Positions 53,043 to 63,810 of a DNA stretch of 64,000 nucleotides are shown one piece after another. The stretch is from Bacteroidia bacterium. Its GTDB lineage: Bacteria; Bacteroidota; Bacteroidia; Chitinophagales; JAUHXS01. The translations under genes and the position numbers were made by a program. The notes beneath the pieces were generated by a model. It did no database searches. It was given only the letters and a program-made list of their open reading frames with translations, and was not told the DNA's origin. The DNA is taken from positions 82,661 to 146,660 of the forward strand of contig JAUHXS010000001.1 of assembly GCA_030426955.1 (NCBI GenBank). Direction: 5' to 3'. Each line of letters opens with the position of its first letter. The first letter of the stretch is position 1.

Positions 53043-55043
53043 ATGAAAAAAGTATTTACAATAACATTATTATCGCTAAGCTTAGGTTTATTTGCACAAC
53101 CTACCACTTTGCTATTTGAAGATTTTAACGCAGGAATGCCTGCTGGATTCACATTAAGGGATTTGGATGGACATACGCCTGAAGATACAGTTGCACATAT
53201 TAATGATGCTTGGGTAGCGGATACAAATGCCTTTAATGGCGACTTAGTAGCTGTAAGTACATGCTTTTATACAGATGGGGTCTTTTCTGATGATTGGATG
53301 ATAACATCATCAGTAGTATTTACGAAAAATGGAGTACTGTCTTATAAAATTGCAAGGCTTAATGACGCTGATTTTAGTAGGGTAGAGGTTCGGATTGCCA
53401 GAGATACCGCCATTGATAGTTTTATGGCAACTTTGCCGATTGATGAAGTCACTCCTGCCCTCTCAGACTATACAGGAGAAACTAGAATAGTTGACCTTGG
53501 AGCCTTAGGATATAATAATGATACATTTTATATTGCCTTCCGCAATAACACAACAGAGTTTGTACATCAACATGTTGAGTTGTATATTGATTCTATTCAT
53601 GTCTATGAAGTCACCACTTTAGATGCAGCAGTAACTAGCGCTGATATAGGATTTATTGGCTCAGGAGTAAATCACCCTGTTGCTGGAGTGTTAAAAAATG
53701 AGGGCGCAGACACGATGCGATTTTTTAACTTGAGATGGCAAATAGATGGTGGAACTGTCAATACGGATTTCATCGCATCTGAAAATATTGCTCCGCAAGC
53801 AAGCTATAGCTTTGATCATACAACTATGTTGAACGTTACGGCAACTGGAGAACACACTTTAAAAATATGGGCTGATAGCATCAACGGAATGGAGGATCAA
53901 AACCATGTGAATGATACATTAGAGGTTTCATTTTATGTGATGAGTGAAATTCCAACTAAGCGCGTTTTGTTAGAGCAGTTTTCAGGAACATGGCACGGCT
54001 GGATTCCTGATGGAGATTACAGGGTAGCGCAAATGGAGGCGGACAATGTAATAGGCGTAAGTATTCACTTACAAGACTCTATGGAAATACTGCCACCCCT
54101 AGGAACAACTGACGTTATATTAGAGTATAGTGAAAACTTAGATCCCTTTAGAATTGGCTCTAATAATAGAGCGTTGATTGACAGAAGTGGTTTTAACAAC
54201 TTACCATATGTAGACATGGCATATCCGGATACTACATCCTGGAAAGAGAAAGTAGATGAACAACTTAATGAGATCACCAATGTGTCCTTATCTGCAACCA
54301 ATAGCTTTGATACCATTGATAGAAGTTGGGTGATAGATGTTGACGTAGAATTTCTCGCTCCAGGTGATGGAGGGGAATATAGAGTAAATTGCTACATTGT
54401 TGAAGATGGCGTTCAGGGTACGGGAACATTGTTTGACCAGACCAATTTGCTAAATTCTACTGCGGGGCATCCATTTGAAGGAGCTGGCGATCCTATTGTC
54501 GACTATGAGCATAATAATGTGTTGCGTCATGCATTTGGGGGTACTTGGGGTACAGCAGGTTCAATAAGTGGTACAATTGATGCCAATGATGAATTTGATT
54601 ATCAATACAATTTTCCAGTCGGTGGAATACCAGAAACCTGGGCTGAAGCTAACCTATCGGTAGTTGTATTTGTGCAGAAGTTTAATAACTCAGATAGTAG
54701 CGATCGTTTCGTATTGAATGCATTTAAGATGCCATTAACTTATGGCTCCAATAGTGTGGGTATTGAATTGGTCGCAGATAACAATATAGATGCGAAAATA
54801 TATCCAAATCCAGTTAAAGACTTTGCTGTTATTGACTTGAATTTAGAAGAGCGAAGCGAAGTCAGGATTGATATTTATGATATAACAGGCAGAAGGGTTG
54901 AGTTATTGTCACAGAAAATACTAGAAAATGGGAACCATCGTTATATGATTAACAGAAGCGAGATGGCACTAAACTCAGGAATGTACTTTGTTAGTATTGT
55001 CACTGATGACATTGCTCATGTAAGAAGAATAATCATTGAATAA
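53043..55043 (+). CDS. T9SS type A sorting domain-containing surface protein (choice-of-anchor-J-like N-terminus, Omp28-related middle domain)
   Basis: It has a signal peptide, and FEDFNAGMPAGFTLRDLDGHTP resembles a choice-of-anchor J domain. EQFSGTWHGWIPDG aligns with the (E)xFTxxxCxxCP box of Omp28-related proteins, but both Cys residues are lost. The C-terminal CTD is KIYPNPVKDFAVIDL...GMYFVSIV. Confidence 0.72.
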   Translation: MKKVFTITLLSLSLGLFAQPTTLLFEDFNAGMPAGFTLRDLDGHTPEDTVAHINDAWVADTNAFNGDLVAVSTCFYTDGVFSDDWMITSSVVFTKNGVLSYKIARLNDADFSRVEVRIARDTAIDSFMATLPIDEVTPALSDYTGETRIVDLGALGYNNDTFYIAFRNNTTEFVHQHVELYIDSIHVYEVTTLDAAVTSADIGFIGSGVNHPVAGVLKNEGADTMRFFNLRWQIDGGTVNTDFIASENIAPQASYSFDHTTMLNVTATGEHTLKIWADSINGMEDQNHVNDTLEVSFYVMSEIPTKRVLLEQFSGTWHGWIPDGDYRVAQMEADNVIGVSIHLQDSMEILPPLGTTDVILEYSENLDPFRIGSNNRALIDRSGFNNLPYVDMAYPDTTSWKEKVDEQLNEITNVSLSATNSFDTIDRSWVIDVDVEFLAPGDGGEYRVNCYIVEDGVQGTGTLFDQTNLLNSTAGHPFEGAGDPIVDYEHNNVLRHAFGGTWGTAGSISGTIDANDEFDYQYNFPVGGIPETWAEANLSVVVFVQKFNNSDSSDRFVLNAFKMPLTYGSNSVGIELVADNNIDAKIYPNPVKDFAVIDLNLEERSEVRIDIYDITGRRVELLSQKILENGNHRYMINRSEMALNSGMYFVSIVTDDIAHVRRIIIE

Positions 55044-56313
55044 TAAAAACAAATGGTTATTTGTTGTTCTTACGCTCGTATTCATTGGAGCGGTTGTTTT
55101 ATGGTATTATAGCCCCTGGAGGAATGTCTATGAAGTACGTGGTAAGATAACTGAGCCAAATAGCCTATCAATTCAGGAAGAAGTTATTATTCCTGTAGAA
55201 TTACAATACGGCATTCCAGTTGATTCATTTATAATAGAGGAGGGACGAGTAAGACGAAATGAAACACTGGCTTCCATATTACAAAAACTGGGCGTTTCCA
55301 ATCAATCTATTTACGAAACGACTCAAAAGGGTAAAGGAATATTTAATCCTAGAAGAATTGTAAGAGGGCAAAAATATACTACCTTTTTTACCCTAGATAC
55401 TATATCTGAGTTAGCATACCTGGTTTATGAAGAAGACAAGGCCAACTTTATCGTGTTTCAATTTATAGACTCCATATCGGTCTATCCCTATCATAAAAAG
55501 ATAGATACCGTATTGACAAAAAGAAGTGGTGTGATTACCACATCGCTTTATGTAGATATGATGGCTCAGGATGCCTCTCCACTCTTGGTTAATGATTTGG
55601 CCGATATCTTTGGCTGGGAGATCGACTTCTTTCGTTTAAATAAAGGAGATATTTTTAAGGTAATTTATAATGAACATCGCATAGATAGTCAGTTAGTTGG
55701 GATAGGAAGAATACACGGAGCCTATTTCGAAAGCTTTGGCAAGCAGAGTTATGCAGTATATTTTGAGCAAGACAGCATTGGCGATTATTTTGACACAACA
55801 GGTAATAGCTTACAAAAGTCACTTTTAAAGTATCCTATTAAGTTTTCCAGAATCAGTTCAAGGTATACGGGCAGACGTTATCATCCAGTGTTAAAAAGGT
55901 TCAAAGCGCATTTAGGTACTGATTTTGCTGCTCCAACAGGTACACCAATAAGGTCGGTTGGTACTGGTATTGTCGAAAAAGCAGGGTATACTAGGGGGAA
56001 TGGTAATTACGTTAAAATAAGACATAACAGCACTTATACGACGGGGTATTTGCACATGTCCAGAATTGCTAAAGGCATTAGAAGTGGTGTCAAAGTCAAG
56101 CAAGGTCAACTTATTGGTTATGTGGGGAGTACAGGGTTGGCAACGGGCCCCCACTTATGTTATCGTTTTTGGAAGCATGGCACTCAGGTAGATGCGCTTA
56201 AAGTCGATCTGCCACCTGCAAATCCAGTTAAAAAAGACAATTTGAGTGATTATAAAAAGTCAATGAATGAGATGAGGGCAGAATTGGATGAAATAGAAGT
56301 ACGATATGAATAA
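55036..56313 (+). CDS. M23 family peptidoglycan metalloendopeptidase, N-terminally membrane-anchored
   Basis: It has a TM helix (WLFVVLTLVFIGAVVLWYY). HLGTDFAAPTGTPI and GYVGSTGLATGPHLCYRF are the LytM-type HxxxD and HxH motifs. It overlaps the upstream gene by 8 nt. Confidence 0.85.
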   Translation: MNNKNKWLFVVLTLVFIGAVVLWYYSPWRNVYEVRGKITEPNSLSIQEEVIIPVELQYGIPVDSFIIEEGRVRRNETLASILQKLGVSNQSIYETTQKGKGIFNPRRIVRGQKYTTFFTLDTISELAYLVYEEDKANFIVFQFIDSISVYPYHKKIDTVLTKRSGVITTSLYVDMMAQDASPLLVNDLADIFGWEIDFFRLNKGDIFKVIYNEHRIDSQLVGIGRIHGAYFESFGKQSYAVYFEQDSIGDYFDTTGNSLQKSLLKYPIKFSRISSRYTGRRYHPVLKRFKAHLGTDFAAPTGTPIRSVGTGIVEKAGYTRGNGNYVKIRHNSTYTTGYLHMSRIAKGIRSGVKVKQGQLIGYVGSTGLATGPHLCYRFWKHGTQVDALKVDLPPANPVKKDNLSDYKKSMNEMRAELDEIEVRYE

Positions 56314-57541
56314 AGTACTTTGCATATTCCTGTTGTTCATGAATTTGACTGTTTTCTCAAGCGAGAATATAGATCAGCTAAGCTTCTTTTTATCTAAAGA
56401 TTCCATGAAACATATTCAACTTGATCAGCAATATTCTAGCATTGTCTTTGAGTTTGAAGCATCTTTCTCTGATGCTGAAGTTTACGTTGAAATTAATCAT
56501 GAAAAGATTCAACTAATAGAGGATCCTCATGCTCGTGAAGGGGTGATAAGATCACAACTGATTGTTCCACGGGAAATGTTCGATCGTTTGACCATTATTT
56601 CCAATGAAACAATTGATAATATTAGTATTTATACATTTTTCGTCCCTAAGCCTGCTCTGAATAAAGCAGATGAAAAAAAAAGCATACTGAATAATTGTGA
56701 CAAACCTACTACAATTGATCAGGCTACTTGGCGATCCGGATTACCCGCACCAGCCGTTTCTCCAACAGAAACAGACGTGCAGCATATCATAGTGCATCAT
56801 TCGGCTGGTTCTAATACCAATACTAATTATACAGAAGTGGTCAGAAATATATATACCTATCACACCTCAGCACCACCCGCTGGGAATGGGTGGGATGACA
56901 TTGGTTATAATTTTGTCATTGCACAAGATGGCAGCATTTTTGAGGGTAGAGATGGACAAGGATTGTATGATGGAGACAATGTTCAAGGGGCGCATTACTG
57001 CAGTAAAAACTCAGGCACAATGGGTGTATGTCTTTTGGGAACATACACTAGTGAAACACCAGCAGATACTATGATGAGAAGCCTATTGAGCTTATGTGCG
57101 TGGAAATGTGATAAAGAAAACATCGATCCTATTTCCAGCTTTATTCACCCTGTTTCATCAGGAAGTCAATTGGATGTGATTGCAGGACATCGACAAGGGT
57201 GTGCTACAGAATGCCCTGGACAAGAAGTGTTTGATAGGTTAGGTGAGTTGAGAAATAATACTTCCGCCAAGTGGGCTGATTGTAATACAATTGCTAGTGT
57301 AGGGGAGGAGATAAACCCTTTATTTGACCTTCAAGCAAGGGATAATATTCTTTATGTAACGAATGCTTCCAATAATCCGTTAGATATAGTGCTATATAGT
57401 TTGACGGGAGCCGTTATTTTTAGTCAAGATAATGTTTTAGGAGAAGTAGGTTTTGATATAAAGCATTTGCCTATTGGGGTATATGTAGTATTGGTTGAGG
57501 GCAATGGAAAAAGTGTAATTGAGAAGGTTATGAGATTTTAG
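56306..57541 (+). CDS. N-acetylmuramoyl-L-alanine amidase (Amidase_2/PGRP-type) with a T9SS type A sorting domain
   Basis: IIVHHSAG...GWDDIGYNFVIAQDGSIFEGRDG...QGAH...GVCLLG is the Amidase_2 pattern. The C-terminal LYVTNASNNPLDIVLYSLTG...GVYVVLVEGNGKSVIEKVMRF is CTD-like. It overlaps the M23 gene by 8 nt. Confidence 0.8.
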   Translation: MNKVLCIFLLFMNLTVFSSENIDQLSFFLSKDSMKHIQLDQQYSSIVFEFEASFSDAEVYVEINHEKIQLIEDPHAREGVIRSQLIVPREMFDRLTIISNETIDNISIYTFFVPKPALNKADEKKSILNNCDKPTTIDQATWRSGLPAPAVSPTETDVQHIIVHHSAGSNTNTNYTEVVRNIYTYHTSAPPAGNGWDDIGYNFVIAQDGSIFEGRDGQGLYDGDNVQGAHYCSKNSGTMGVCLLGTYTSETPADTMMRSLLSLCAWKCDKENIDPISSFIHPVSSGSQLDVIAGHRQGCATECPGQEVFDRLGELRNNTSAKWADCNTIASVGEEINPLFDLQARDNILYVTNASNNPLDIVLYSLTGAVIFSQDNVLGEVGFDIKHLPIGVYVVLVEGNGKSVIEKVMRF

Positions 57542-57565
57542 TTCTTAAACTTTGGACAAGCTTAT

Positions 57566-58408
57566 TTAAAGAACTTTATCTAATCCAAACATCTCATCAG
57601 GTCTGACTCCTCTATCGGTAAATTGAAGCGTGCAACATTCATGTTCTTTCTCATGTTCAAAGAATAATGTGTAGTTTTCTTTGGTTGCGCTTTTTAAGAA
57701 AGCTTCTTTTTCCTTTAGTGTTTGTAAAGGATTCGTATCATAAGCCATTACATAAGGTACAGGAATATGTCCTGGAGAGGGCAGTAGATCGGCCATATAA
57801 ACGATCATTTGCCCATTGTATTCTATATGAGGAATCATCATTGCAGCGGTGTGACCATGTACGAAGTGAATTTTGAAATTGGGAAATAATTCAATCATAT
57901 CTGTTTCATCAACAAACTCAAGCTTACCACTTTCCTGAATTGGTAAGATATTTTCCTTTAAAAAAGATGCCTTTTCTCTTGGATTAGGATTTACCGCCCA
58001 TTCCCAATGTGTTTTGTTAGACCAATAGGTAGCATTAGGAAATGCTGGAGTCAAATCTTCTCCATTCTTTTGAATGGCGCCTCCACAATGGTCAAAATGA
58101 AGATGAGTTAAAAAGACATCTGTTATTTCACCAGGTGTATACCCTTTGGCTTGTAAGGATGATATTAAAGAATTTTTTCCATGAGGCTCGTAATAGCTAA
58201 AGAACTTTTCACTTTGTTTATCTCCAATTCCTGTATCTATAAGCACTTTTCTATCTCCGTAATCAATCAGAAGACATCTCATCGCCCAAGTGCATAGATT
58301 ATTATCATCAGGAGGGTTGATGTTTTTCCAAATCGTTTTTGGCACGACACCAAACATCGCACCACCGTCTAGTTTGAAGAAACCAGTGTCTATTACGTGT
58401 AATTGCAT
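57566..58408 (-). CDS. MBL-fold metallo-hydrolase
   Basis: 280 aa with FLTHLHFDHCGG (HxHxDH) and downstream His/Asp ligands. Confidence 0.8.
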   Translation of the reverse strand: MQLHVIDTGFFKLDGGAMFGVVPKTIWKNINPPDDNNLCTWAMRCLLIDYGDRKVLIDTGIGDKQSEKFFSYYEPHGKNSLISSLQAKGYTPGEITDVFLTHLHFDHCGGAIQKNGEDLTPAFPNATYWSNKTHWEWAVNPNPREKASFLKENILPIQESGKLEFVDETDMIELFPNFKIHFVHGHTAAMMIPHIEYNGQMIVYMADLLPSPGHIPVPYVMAYDTNPLQTLKEKEAFLKSATKENYTLFFEHEKEHECCTLQFTDRGVRPDEMFGLDKVL

Positions 58409-58472
58409 GATTATTTAAAATAGATAAAATTTTGAAGTCATGATAGATGAATAAAAGTAAAATTTTTATTCT

Positions 58473-58504
58473 AAATCTTCCCCTCCCATGGGAGAGGAAG
58501 ATTT
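58473..58504. terminator. near-perfect 32-nt palindrome downstream of the 58531-59571 gene (possible terminator)
   Basis: AAATCTTCCCCTCCCATGGGAGAGGAAGATTT forms a 16-bp stem with one mismatch, centred on CCATGG. There is no clean U-tract on either strand. Confidence 0.4.
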
Positions 58505-58530
58505 AGTCTGCTATAGAATTCTTTTTCTAG

Positions 58531-59571
58531 TTATAGCTTAATCATTTTTTGCCTAAACACAGTTTCATTATTCGTTTTGGCTTCAAAAAAGTATATACCA
58601 CTGTCTAGTTCGTCTGTATTGATAGCTCCTTGATTGTTGTTATTCTTATGTAAGATGATTTTACCTAAACTATTGTATACTACTATCTCGTAATTGTCTG
58701 ATGTGAAAGCATATACAGACTCAGAGAAAGGGTTTGGATAAAAGAGCTTAAGGCGCTCATTAGCTTTTTGATTGGAAATAGCTGTTGTTCCATTTCCTCC
58801 AGAATTATTTCCAGAAGTATCATGGATATATGTTTCGTTATAGCTCGTTCCATAACCGACTAGCTTATTAGACTGGTATACCTCTTTGGTTACTGAATCT
58901 TGTACTATTACAATGATTTCTAGCTCATTTTCATTCCATGCCCCGTCTATTGCAATTGTTGTGTTGAAAACTAAGGAGTCATTCATACTAGGCATTTCAA
59001 AACTTTGATTCTCAAACAACATTCTTCTAAATACATTGTGATGAACATCTTCGCCATTTGGTGCATTGTAATCGACAGTTTCTTCTGCTACAACAGCGTA
59101 AAGTTGCAATTTGCCACCTAGCACAGTCCCCTCCGACTTCAAAATGATGGTTGTTGCGATAGAGTCTCCATTCTTATTATTAGAAATAAGCCCAATATTT
59201 ATAGACATGGAATCGCCACTAACACTAGTAAAAAGAGTGCTGTCTCCATAGTTTGTTCCAGAAGATATGACATCTCCTTGTATAACTAATCTAGGTGTAC
59301 CGAGATTTCCATAATAACTAGCCCTTGCATCATTTTCACTAGGGTTATGCAAATGTAAAAAGCAGTTGCTATAAGGCGTGCTAGGATGTATAGATAGGTG
59401 AATCACTTCGGGGTAATTATTCAAATTGCTAAAGAATCCTGGGTTTCTGCTTGCACAAACCGAGCATCTTGTGTTCGTAAAGTGTTCAACAACAACTTTT
59501 TTTTGCATTTGGCTTGTGCCAATTGTTATACTTCCAATGACTATTAGTAGAACTAGGTTGATTTTTTTCAT
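58531..59571 (-). CDS. T9SS type A sorting domain-containing, Omp28-related thioredoxin-like protein
   Basis: It has a signal peptide, and VVVEHFTNTRCSVCASRNP is a CxxC box. The C-terminal CTD is LFYPNPFSESVYAF...GIYFFEAKTNNETVFRQKMIKL. Confidence 0.7.
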   Translation of the reverse strand: MKKINLVLLIVIGSITIGTSQMQKKVVVEHFTNTRCSVCASRNPGFFSNLNNYPEVIHLSIHPSTPYSNCFLHLHNPSENDARASYYGNLGTPRLVIQGDVISSGTNYGDSTLFTSVSGDSMSINIGLISNNKNGDSIATTIILKSEGTVLGGKLQLYAVVAEETVDYNAPNGEDVHHNVFRRMLFENQSFEMPSMNDSLVFNTTIAIDGAWNENELEIIVIVQDSVTKEVYQSNKLVGYGTSYNETYIHDTSGNNSGGNGTTAISNQKANERLKLFYPNPFSESVYAFTSDNYEIVVYNSLGKIILHKNNNNQGAINTDELDSGIYFFEAKTNNETVFRQKMIKL

Positions 59572-59638
59572 GAACGTGAAGTTTGATTTTTTATGAGCTT
59601 GTCTAAAGCTAACTCAATGAGGTTTTCTAAAAAGTACT

Positions 59639-59712
59639 GTCATTTCGACGTTAGGAGAAATCTAACTTAGTATTTTCCCTAAAGGTAGATTTTTCACTTC
59701 GTTCAAAATGAC
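59639..59712. repeat. GTCAT...ATGAC repeat, full unit (74 nt)
   Basis: Sequence is GTCATTTCGACGTTAGGAGAAATCTAAC...GGTAGATTTTTCACTTCGTTCAAAATGAC. It lies 92 nt downstream of the mutS stop. Its right half is nearly identical to that of 46649-46713. Confidence 0.8.
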
Positions 59713-59803
59713 AAAGAGATTTACTCATGTTAGTTTTAGAAAATTTTAATTTATTAGTAAATTATTACAACTTTAATTAATACAATTTGTAAACTGAAAT
59801 AGT

Positions 59804-62443
59804 TCACTTTTTTATCACATTCTTGATCTCATTCAGCTTCATCAGAGCTTCTACAGGAGTGAGTGTGTTAATATCAACTGCTTCAAGAAGTTCTTTGATT
59901 TGTAATAAACTAGGATCATCTAATTGAAAAAAGCTAAGTTGGTAATCTTGGGTTGAAGGGGGTGGAGTAGCAGGTGCTTTTTCTAAGGTGGTAGAAATAT
60001 CTGTACCTAAGCTCTTTTTTTCAAGTTCGCTCAGTATACTATTTGCCTTTTTGACTATTTCATTTGGCATTCCCGCCATTTTTGCAACGTGAATACCAAA
60101 GCTATGTTTGCTACCACCAGGAACTAGTTTTCTGAGGAAGATAACTTTATTACCAACTTCTTTGGTAGCAATATTATAGTTCTTTACTCTAGGGAGTTTG
60201 TTTTCTAGCTCATTCAGTTCGTGATAATGCGTAGCGAATAGTGTTTTCGGCTTCAAGTCTTTGGCATTATGAAGGTATTCAGCAATAGACCACGCAATAG
60301 AGATTCCATCATAAGTGCTTGTGCCTCTTCCAATCTCATCTAGCAAGATCAAGCTTTTTGAAGATATGTTATTAACAATACTAGCTGTCTCATTCATTTC
60401 AACCATGAAGGTAGACTCCCCAGAAGAAATATTATCTGACGCACCAACTCGGGTAAATATTTTATCAACGATACCGATAGTTGCCTTTGCAGGCACAAAA
60501 GAGCCTATTTGGGCAAGCAAAACGATCAAGGCTGTTTGTCTTAATACAGCAGACTTTCCAGCCATGTTTGGTCCTGTAATGATGATGATTTGCTGTTCTT
60601 CATTGTCCAAGTAAATGTCATTTGGGATATACTCTTCGCTAACATCTAATTGTTGCTCAATAACTGGATGTCGACCTTCTTTTATTTCCAATTTATGGTC
60701 GTCAGTAATGACTGGCTTATGATAATTATACTTTAGAGCTATTTGTGAAAAGTTTAGTAAGCAATCCAAATGTGCAATCCAAGAAGCATTGGTTTGAATA
60801 GGTTGTATGTAATCATTTAATGCCAATACAAGCTCTCCAAAGATTTTTGTTTCTAAGGCTAATATCTTTTCCTCAGCTCCTAAAATCTTTTCCTCGTACT
60901 CTTTGAGTTCTTCTGTAATGTAACGCTCGGCATTAGTGAGTGTTTGCTTTCTAACCCAATTTTGGGGCACTTTGTCTTTATGCGAATTGGTTACTTCGAG
61001 ATAATAGCCAAAAACATTGTTAAACTTTACCTTTAAAGAGGGGATACCTGTGTTTTTTATCTCCCTTTCCTGAATTTCTATTAAATATTCTTTTCCTGAA
61101 GTAGTAATAGACCTCAGGTCATCTAATTCTTTTGAGACGCTTTCTTTTATTACATTGCCCTTGTTAAGCAATACAGAAGCATCTTCCTGTATTTCGCTGT
61201 CAATTCTGTCTCTTATAATTGCGCATGGGTTGAGTTGCTCAGCAATTTGCTTTAGTTGCTTGTTAGAAGATTGCTTACACAACTCAATAATTGGATTTAT
61301 AGCAATCAGCGCTTTTTTCAACTGTAATACCTCTCTTGGATTGATTTTCCCTAATGGTACTTTTGAAATCAATCGCTCTAGATCACCGATGGTGCTTATT
61401 TGCTCAACTAAAGCGTTGGAAAGTGTTTGGTCTTTTATGAGCGATTCAACTACCTCTAGTCGTTGGTCAATTAAGCTTTTTTCTTTTAGTGGGAGGATAA
61501 GCCATCTTCTTAATAAGCGAGCACCCATTGGAGAAATGGTATGATCTAATATGTCTAATAAGCTTTTTCCATCTTCATGTGTACTATAGATAAGTTCTAA
61601 GTTTCTTATGGTGAACTTGTCCAGCCAAACATATTTATCTTCCTCAATTCTAGAAATATTACTGATGTGACCAACGTTAGGGTGCTCGGTTTCTTCCAAA
61701 TAATGTAAAATAGTACCAGCTGCAGAAATACCAGGCTGAAAAGTATCTATCCCAAATCCCTTTAATGATTTAACTTCAAAATGCTTAGTCAGTTTTTCTT
61801 TTCCAAAGTCATAATCAAAGAGCCACTCGTCTAGCGTATAGGTATAAAACTTAGAGCCAAAGTGATTCCTGAAATCCTTTTGTTTGTTTTTTGAAAAAAG
61901 CACTTCAGATGGTTGAAAGCCTTGCAATAGCTTGTCAATATATTCCTCGTTTCCCTCTGCCACTAAGAATTCTCCAGTTGAAATATCTAGGAAGGCGATG
62001 CCTAACTTATCTTTTTCAAATGCAACTGCCGCTAAGAAGTTATTTGCTTTATTGTTAAGGATTTGATCATTGTGAGCAACACCAGGAGTGATTAATTCTG
62101 TAACACCTCTTTTGACAATTGTTTTTGTCATTTTGGGGTCTTCCAATTGATCGCAAATGGCCACTCGATACCCAGCTCTTACCAGCTTAGGCAGATAGGT
62201 GTCAAGAGAATGGTGGGGAAAGCCAGCTAACTCCATTTCTGAAGCAGCTCCATTGGATCTTTTGGTTAGAATGATACCTAGAGTTTCTGAAGCCTTGATC
62301 GCATCTTGTCCAAATGTTTCGTAAAAATCGCCGACTCTAAAAAGCAATATCGCATCTGGATATTTCGATTTGATTGTATTGTATTGCGCCATTAATGGCG
62401 TCTCCTTTTTTGCTTTTAGCTTACTCTTTGCTTTGGTAGACAT
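59804..62443 (-). CDS. mutS: DNA mismatch repair protein MutS
   Basis: 879 aa. Has the mismatch-binding N-terminus [30 protein letters not shown], Walker [11 protein letters not shown], and [16 protein letters not shown]. Confidence 0.96.
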   Translation of the reverse strand: MSTKAKSKLKAKKETPLMAQYNTIKSKYPDAILLFRVGDFYETFGQDAIKASETLGIILTKRSNGAASEMELAGFPHHSLDTYLPKLVRAGYRVAICDQLEDPKMTKTIVKRGVTELITPGVAHNDQILNNKANNFLAAVAFEKDKLGIAFLDISTGEFLVAEGNEEYIDKLLQGFQPSEVLFSKNKQKDFRNHFGSKFYTYTLDEWLFDYDFGKEKLTKHFEVKSLKGFGIDTFQPGISAAGTILHYLEETEHPNVGHISNISRIEEDKYVWLDKFTIRNLELIYSTHEDGKSLLDILDHTISPMGARLLRRWLILPLKEKSLIDQRLEVVESLIKDQTLSNALVEQISTIGDLERLISKVPLGKINPREVLQLKKALIAINPIIELCKQSSNKQLKQIAEQLNPCAIIRDRIDSEIQEDASVLLNKGNVIKESVSKELDDLRSITTSGKEYLIEIQEREIKNTGIPSLKVKFNNVFGYYLEVTNSHKDKVPQNWVRKQTLTNAERYITEELKEYEEKILGAEEKILALETKIFGELVLALNDYIQPIQTNASWIAHLDCLLNFSQIALKYNYHKPVITDDHKLEIKEGRHPVIEQQLDVSEEYIPNDIYLDNEEQQIIIITGPNMAGKSAVLRQTALIVLLAQIGSFVPAKATIGIVDKIFTRVGASDNISSGESTFMVEMNETASIVNNISSKSLILLDEIGRGTSTYDGISIAWSIAEYLHNAKDLKPKTLFATHYHELNELENKLPRVKNYNIATKEVGNKVIFLRKLVPGGSKHSFGIHVAKMAGMPNEIVKKANSILSELEKKSLGTDISTTLEKAPATPPPSTQDYQLSFFQLDDPSLLQIKELLEAVDINTLTPVEALMKLNEIKNVIKK

Positions 62444-62612
62444 AGATTGTATAAAAATACAACTACTACATGTGTCTTGATAATATAGTATTAACTATTT
62501 ATGAACAATTAAATTCATTAATAGGGGGAAGTATAATCCATCCTAATTTTATCATTTTCCATAAATTATGTTTCATATTTTATGAAATGCATTTTATGTA
62601 ATATAAAATATA

Positions 62613-62620
62613 TATCTTTG
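62613..62620 (+). promoter_or_regulatory. candidate -7 promoter box (TATCTTTG) abutting the ATPase start codon
   Basis: Exact TAnnTTTG, 4 nt upstream of the ATG at 62625. Confidence 0.35.
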
Positions 62621-62624
62621 TGTA

Positions 62625-63743
62625 ATGAAAAAAGATAATCCATTTCCGGTCTCTGGTTACTTAGGTCCTAAGCTATTTTGTGATAGAAATGATGAGACAG
62701 ATCGAATTATCCAAGCGATTGATAATGGTCGAAACCTGACACTTTTTTCTAAAAGAAGGATTGGAAAAACGGGCTTGTTGAATCATGTGGCCTATCATTT
62801 AGCAAAGCGTAAAAATACTTTGCCGATATATATAGATATAATGGGGACAACAAGTTTGAAAGACTTTGTATCTGCCCTTGGAGTAGCCGTGATTGAAAAA
62901 ATAAACCAAAAGGATAAAAACATATTTAAACGTGCATTACAGTTTTTTGCCAATATCCGTCCTACCATTAGCTTCGATAGCATTACAGGAGAACCTCAAG
63001 TTACTGTTGATGTGGCAGAAAATAGGGGAGGTCAGACATTGAAACAAATATTTGCATACTTGAAAGAGCAAAAATATAATGGCATTCTTATTATAGACGA
63101 ATTTCAACAGATTATCAACTATGAAGAAAAGAATGTTGAAGCACTTTTAAGGTCAGAGATTCAGCAAATACCTGAGGTAAACTTTATCTTTTCTGGGAGT
63201 CATCAACACCTCATCGTTCCGATGTTTAACAAATATAGTCGGCCATTTTATCAAAGCACGGAGATGATGTATTTGGATAAGATTGATGCTAAAATTTATA
63301 AGCAATTTATCAAAAGAAAATTCAGACAGAAAAAGGTGTCTATTGAAAAAGATGCTTTAGAGTTAATCATGGAGTGGACTCGCGGACACACATACTATAC
63401 ACAGTATTTATGTAACAAATTGTATAATAGTGCTGATAGAAATATTGATGAAAAGTTTGCATACATCGCTATGAAAAACATTTTAAAAGAAAATGAGCAT
63501 ATTTATTATGGCTTTAGAAGCTTACTCACTGATCTACAGTTTAATGTGCTGAAAGCCATTGCTAAGGAAGGTTCAGAAGATGAGCCTACCTCTAAGCGTT
63601 TTATTGGCGGCCATCAGCTTGGAGCGCCTTCATCTGTAAAACTAGCTATTTCAGCACTTATTGATAAAGAGATGGTGTATGAGGAAAGTGGTGCTTATTG
63701 GGTATATGATGTATTTCTTTCGAGGTGGTTGGAAAAGTATTGA
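62625..63743 (+). CDS. AAA-type ATP-binding protein (Arch_ATPase/DUF234-like architecture)
   Basis: 372 aa. Has a Walker A-like FSKRRIGKTGLL and Walker B ILIIDEFQ, plus a C-terminal helical (winged-helix-like) region. Confidence 0.65.
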   Translation: MKKDNPFPVSGYLGPKLFCDRNDETDRIIQAIDNGRNLTLFSKRRIGKTGLLNHVAYHLAKRKNTLPIYIDIMGTTSLKDFVSALGVAVIEKINQKDKNIFKRALQFFANIRPTISFDSITGEPQVTVDVAENRGGQTLKQIFAYLKEQKYNGILIIDEFQQIINYEEKNVEALLRSEIQQIPEVNFIFSGSHQHLIVPMFNKYSRPFYQSTEMMYLDKIDAKIYKQFIKRKFRQKKVSIEKDALELIMEWTRGHTYYTQYLCNKLYNSADRNIDEKFAYIAMKNILKENEHIYYGFRSLLTDLQFNVLKAIAKEGSEDEPTSKRFIGGHQLGAPSSVKLAISALIDKEMVYEESGAYWVYDVFLSRWLEKY

Positions 63744-63810
63744 CTCGGTTAGTATATATCAGAGGTTTAAAGTTTAAGACATCATCAATTTAAATTCTAA
63801 AAATTGTTCT

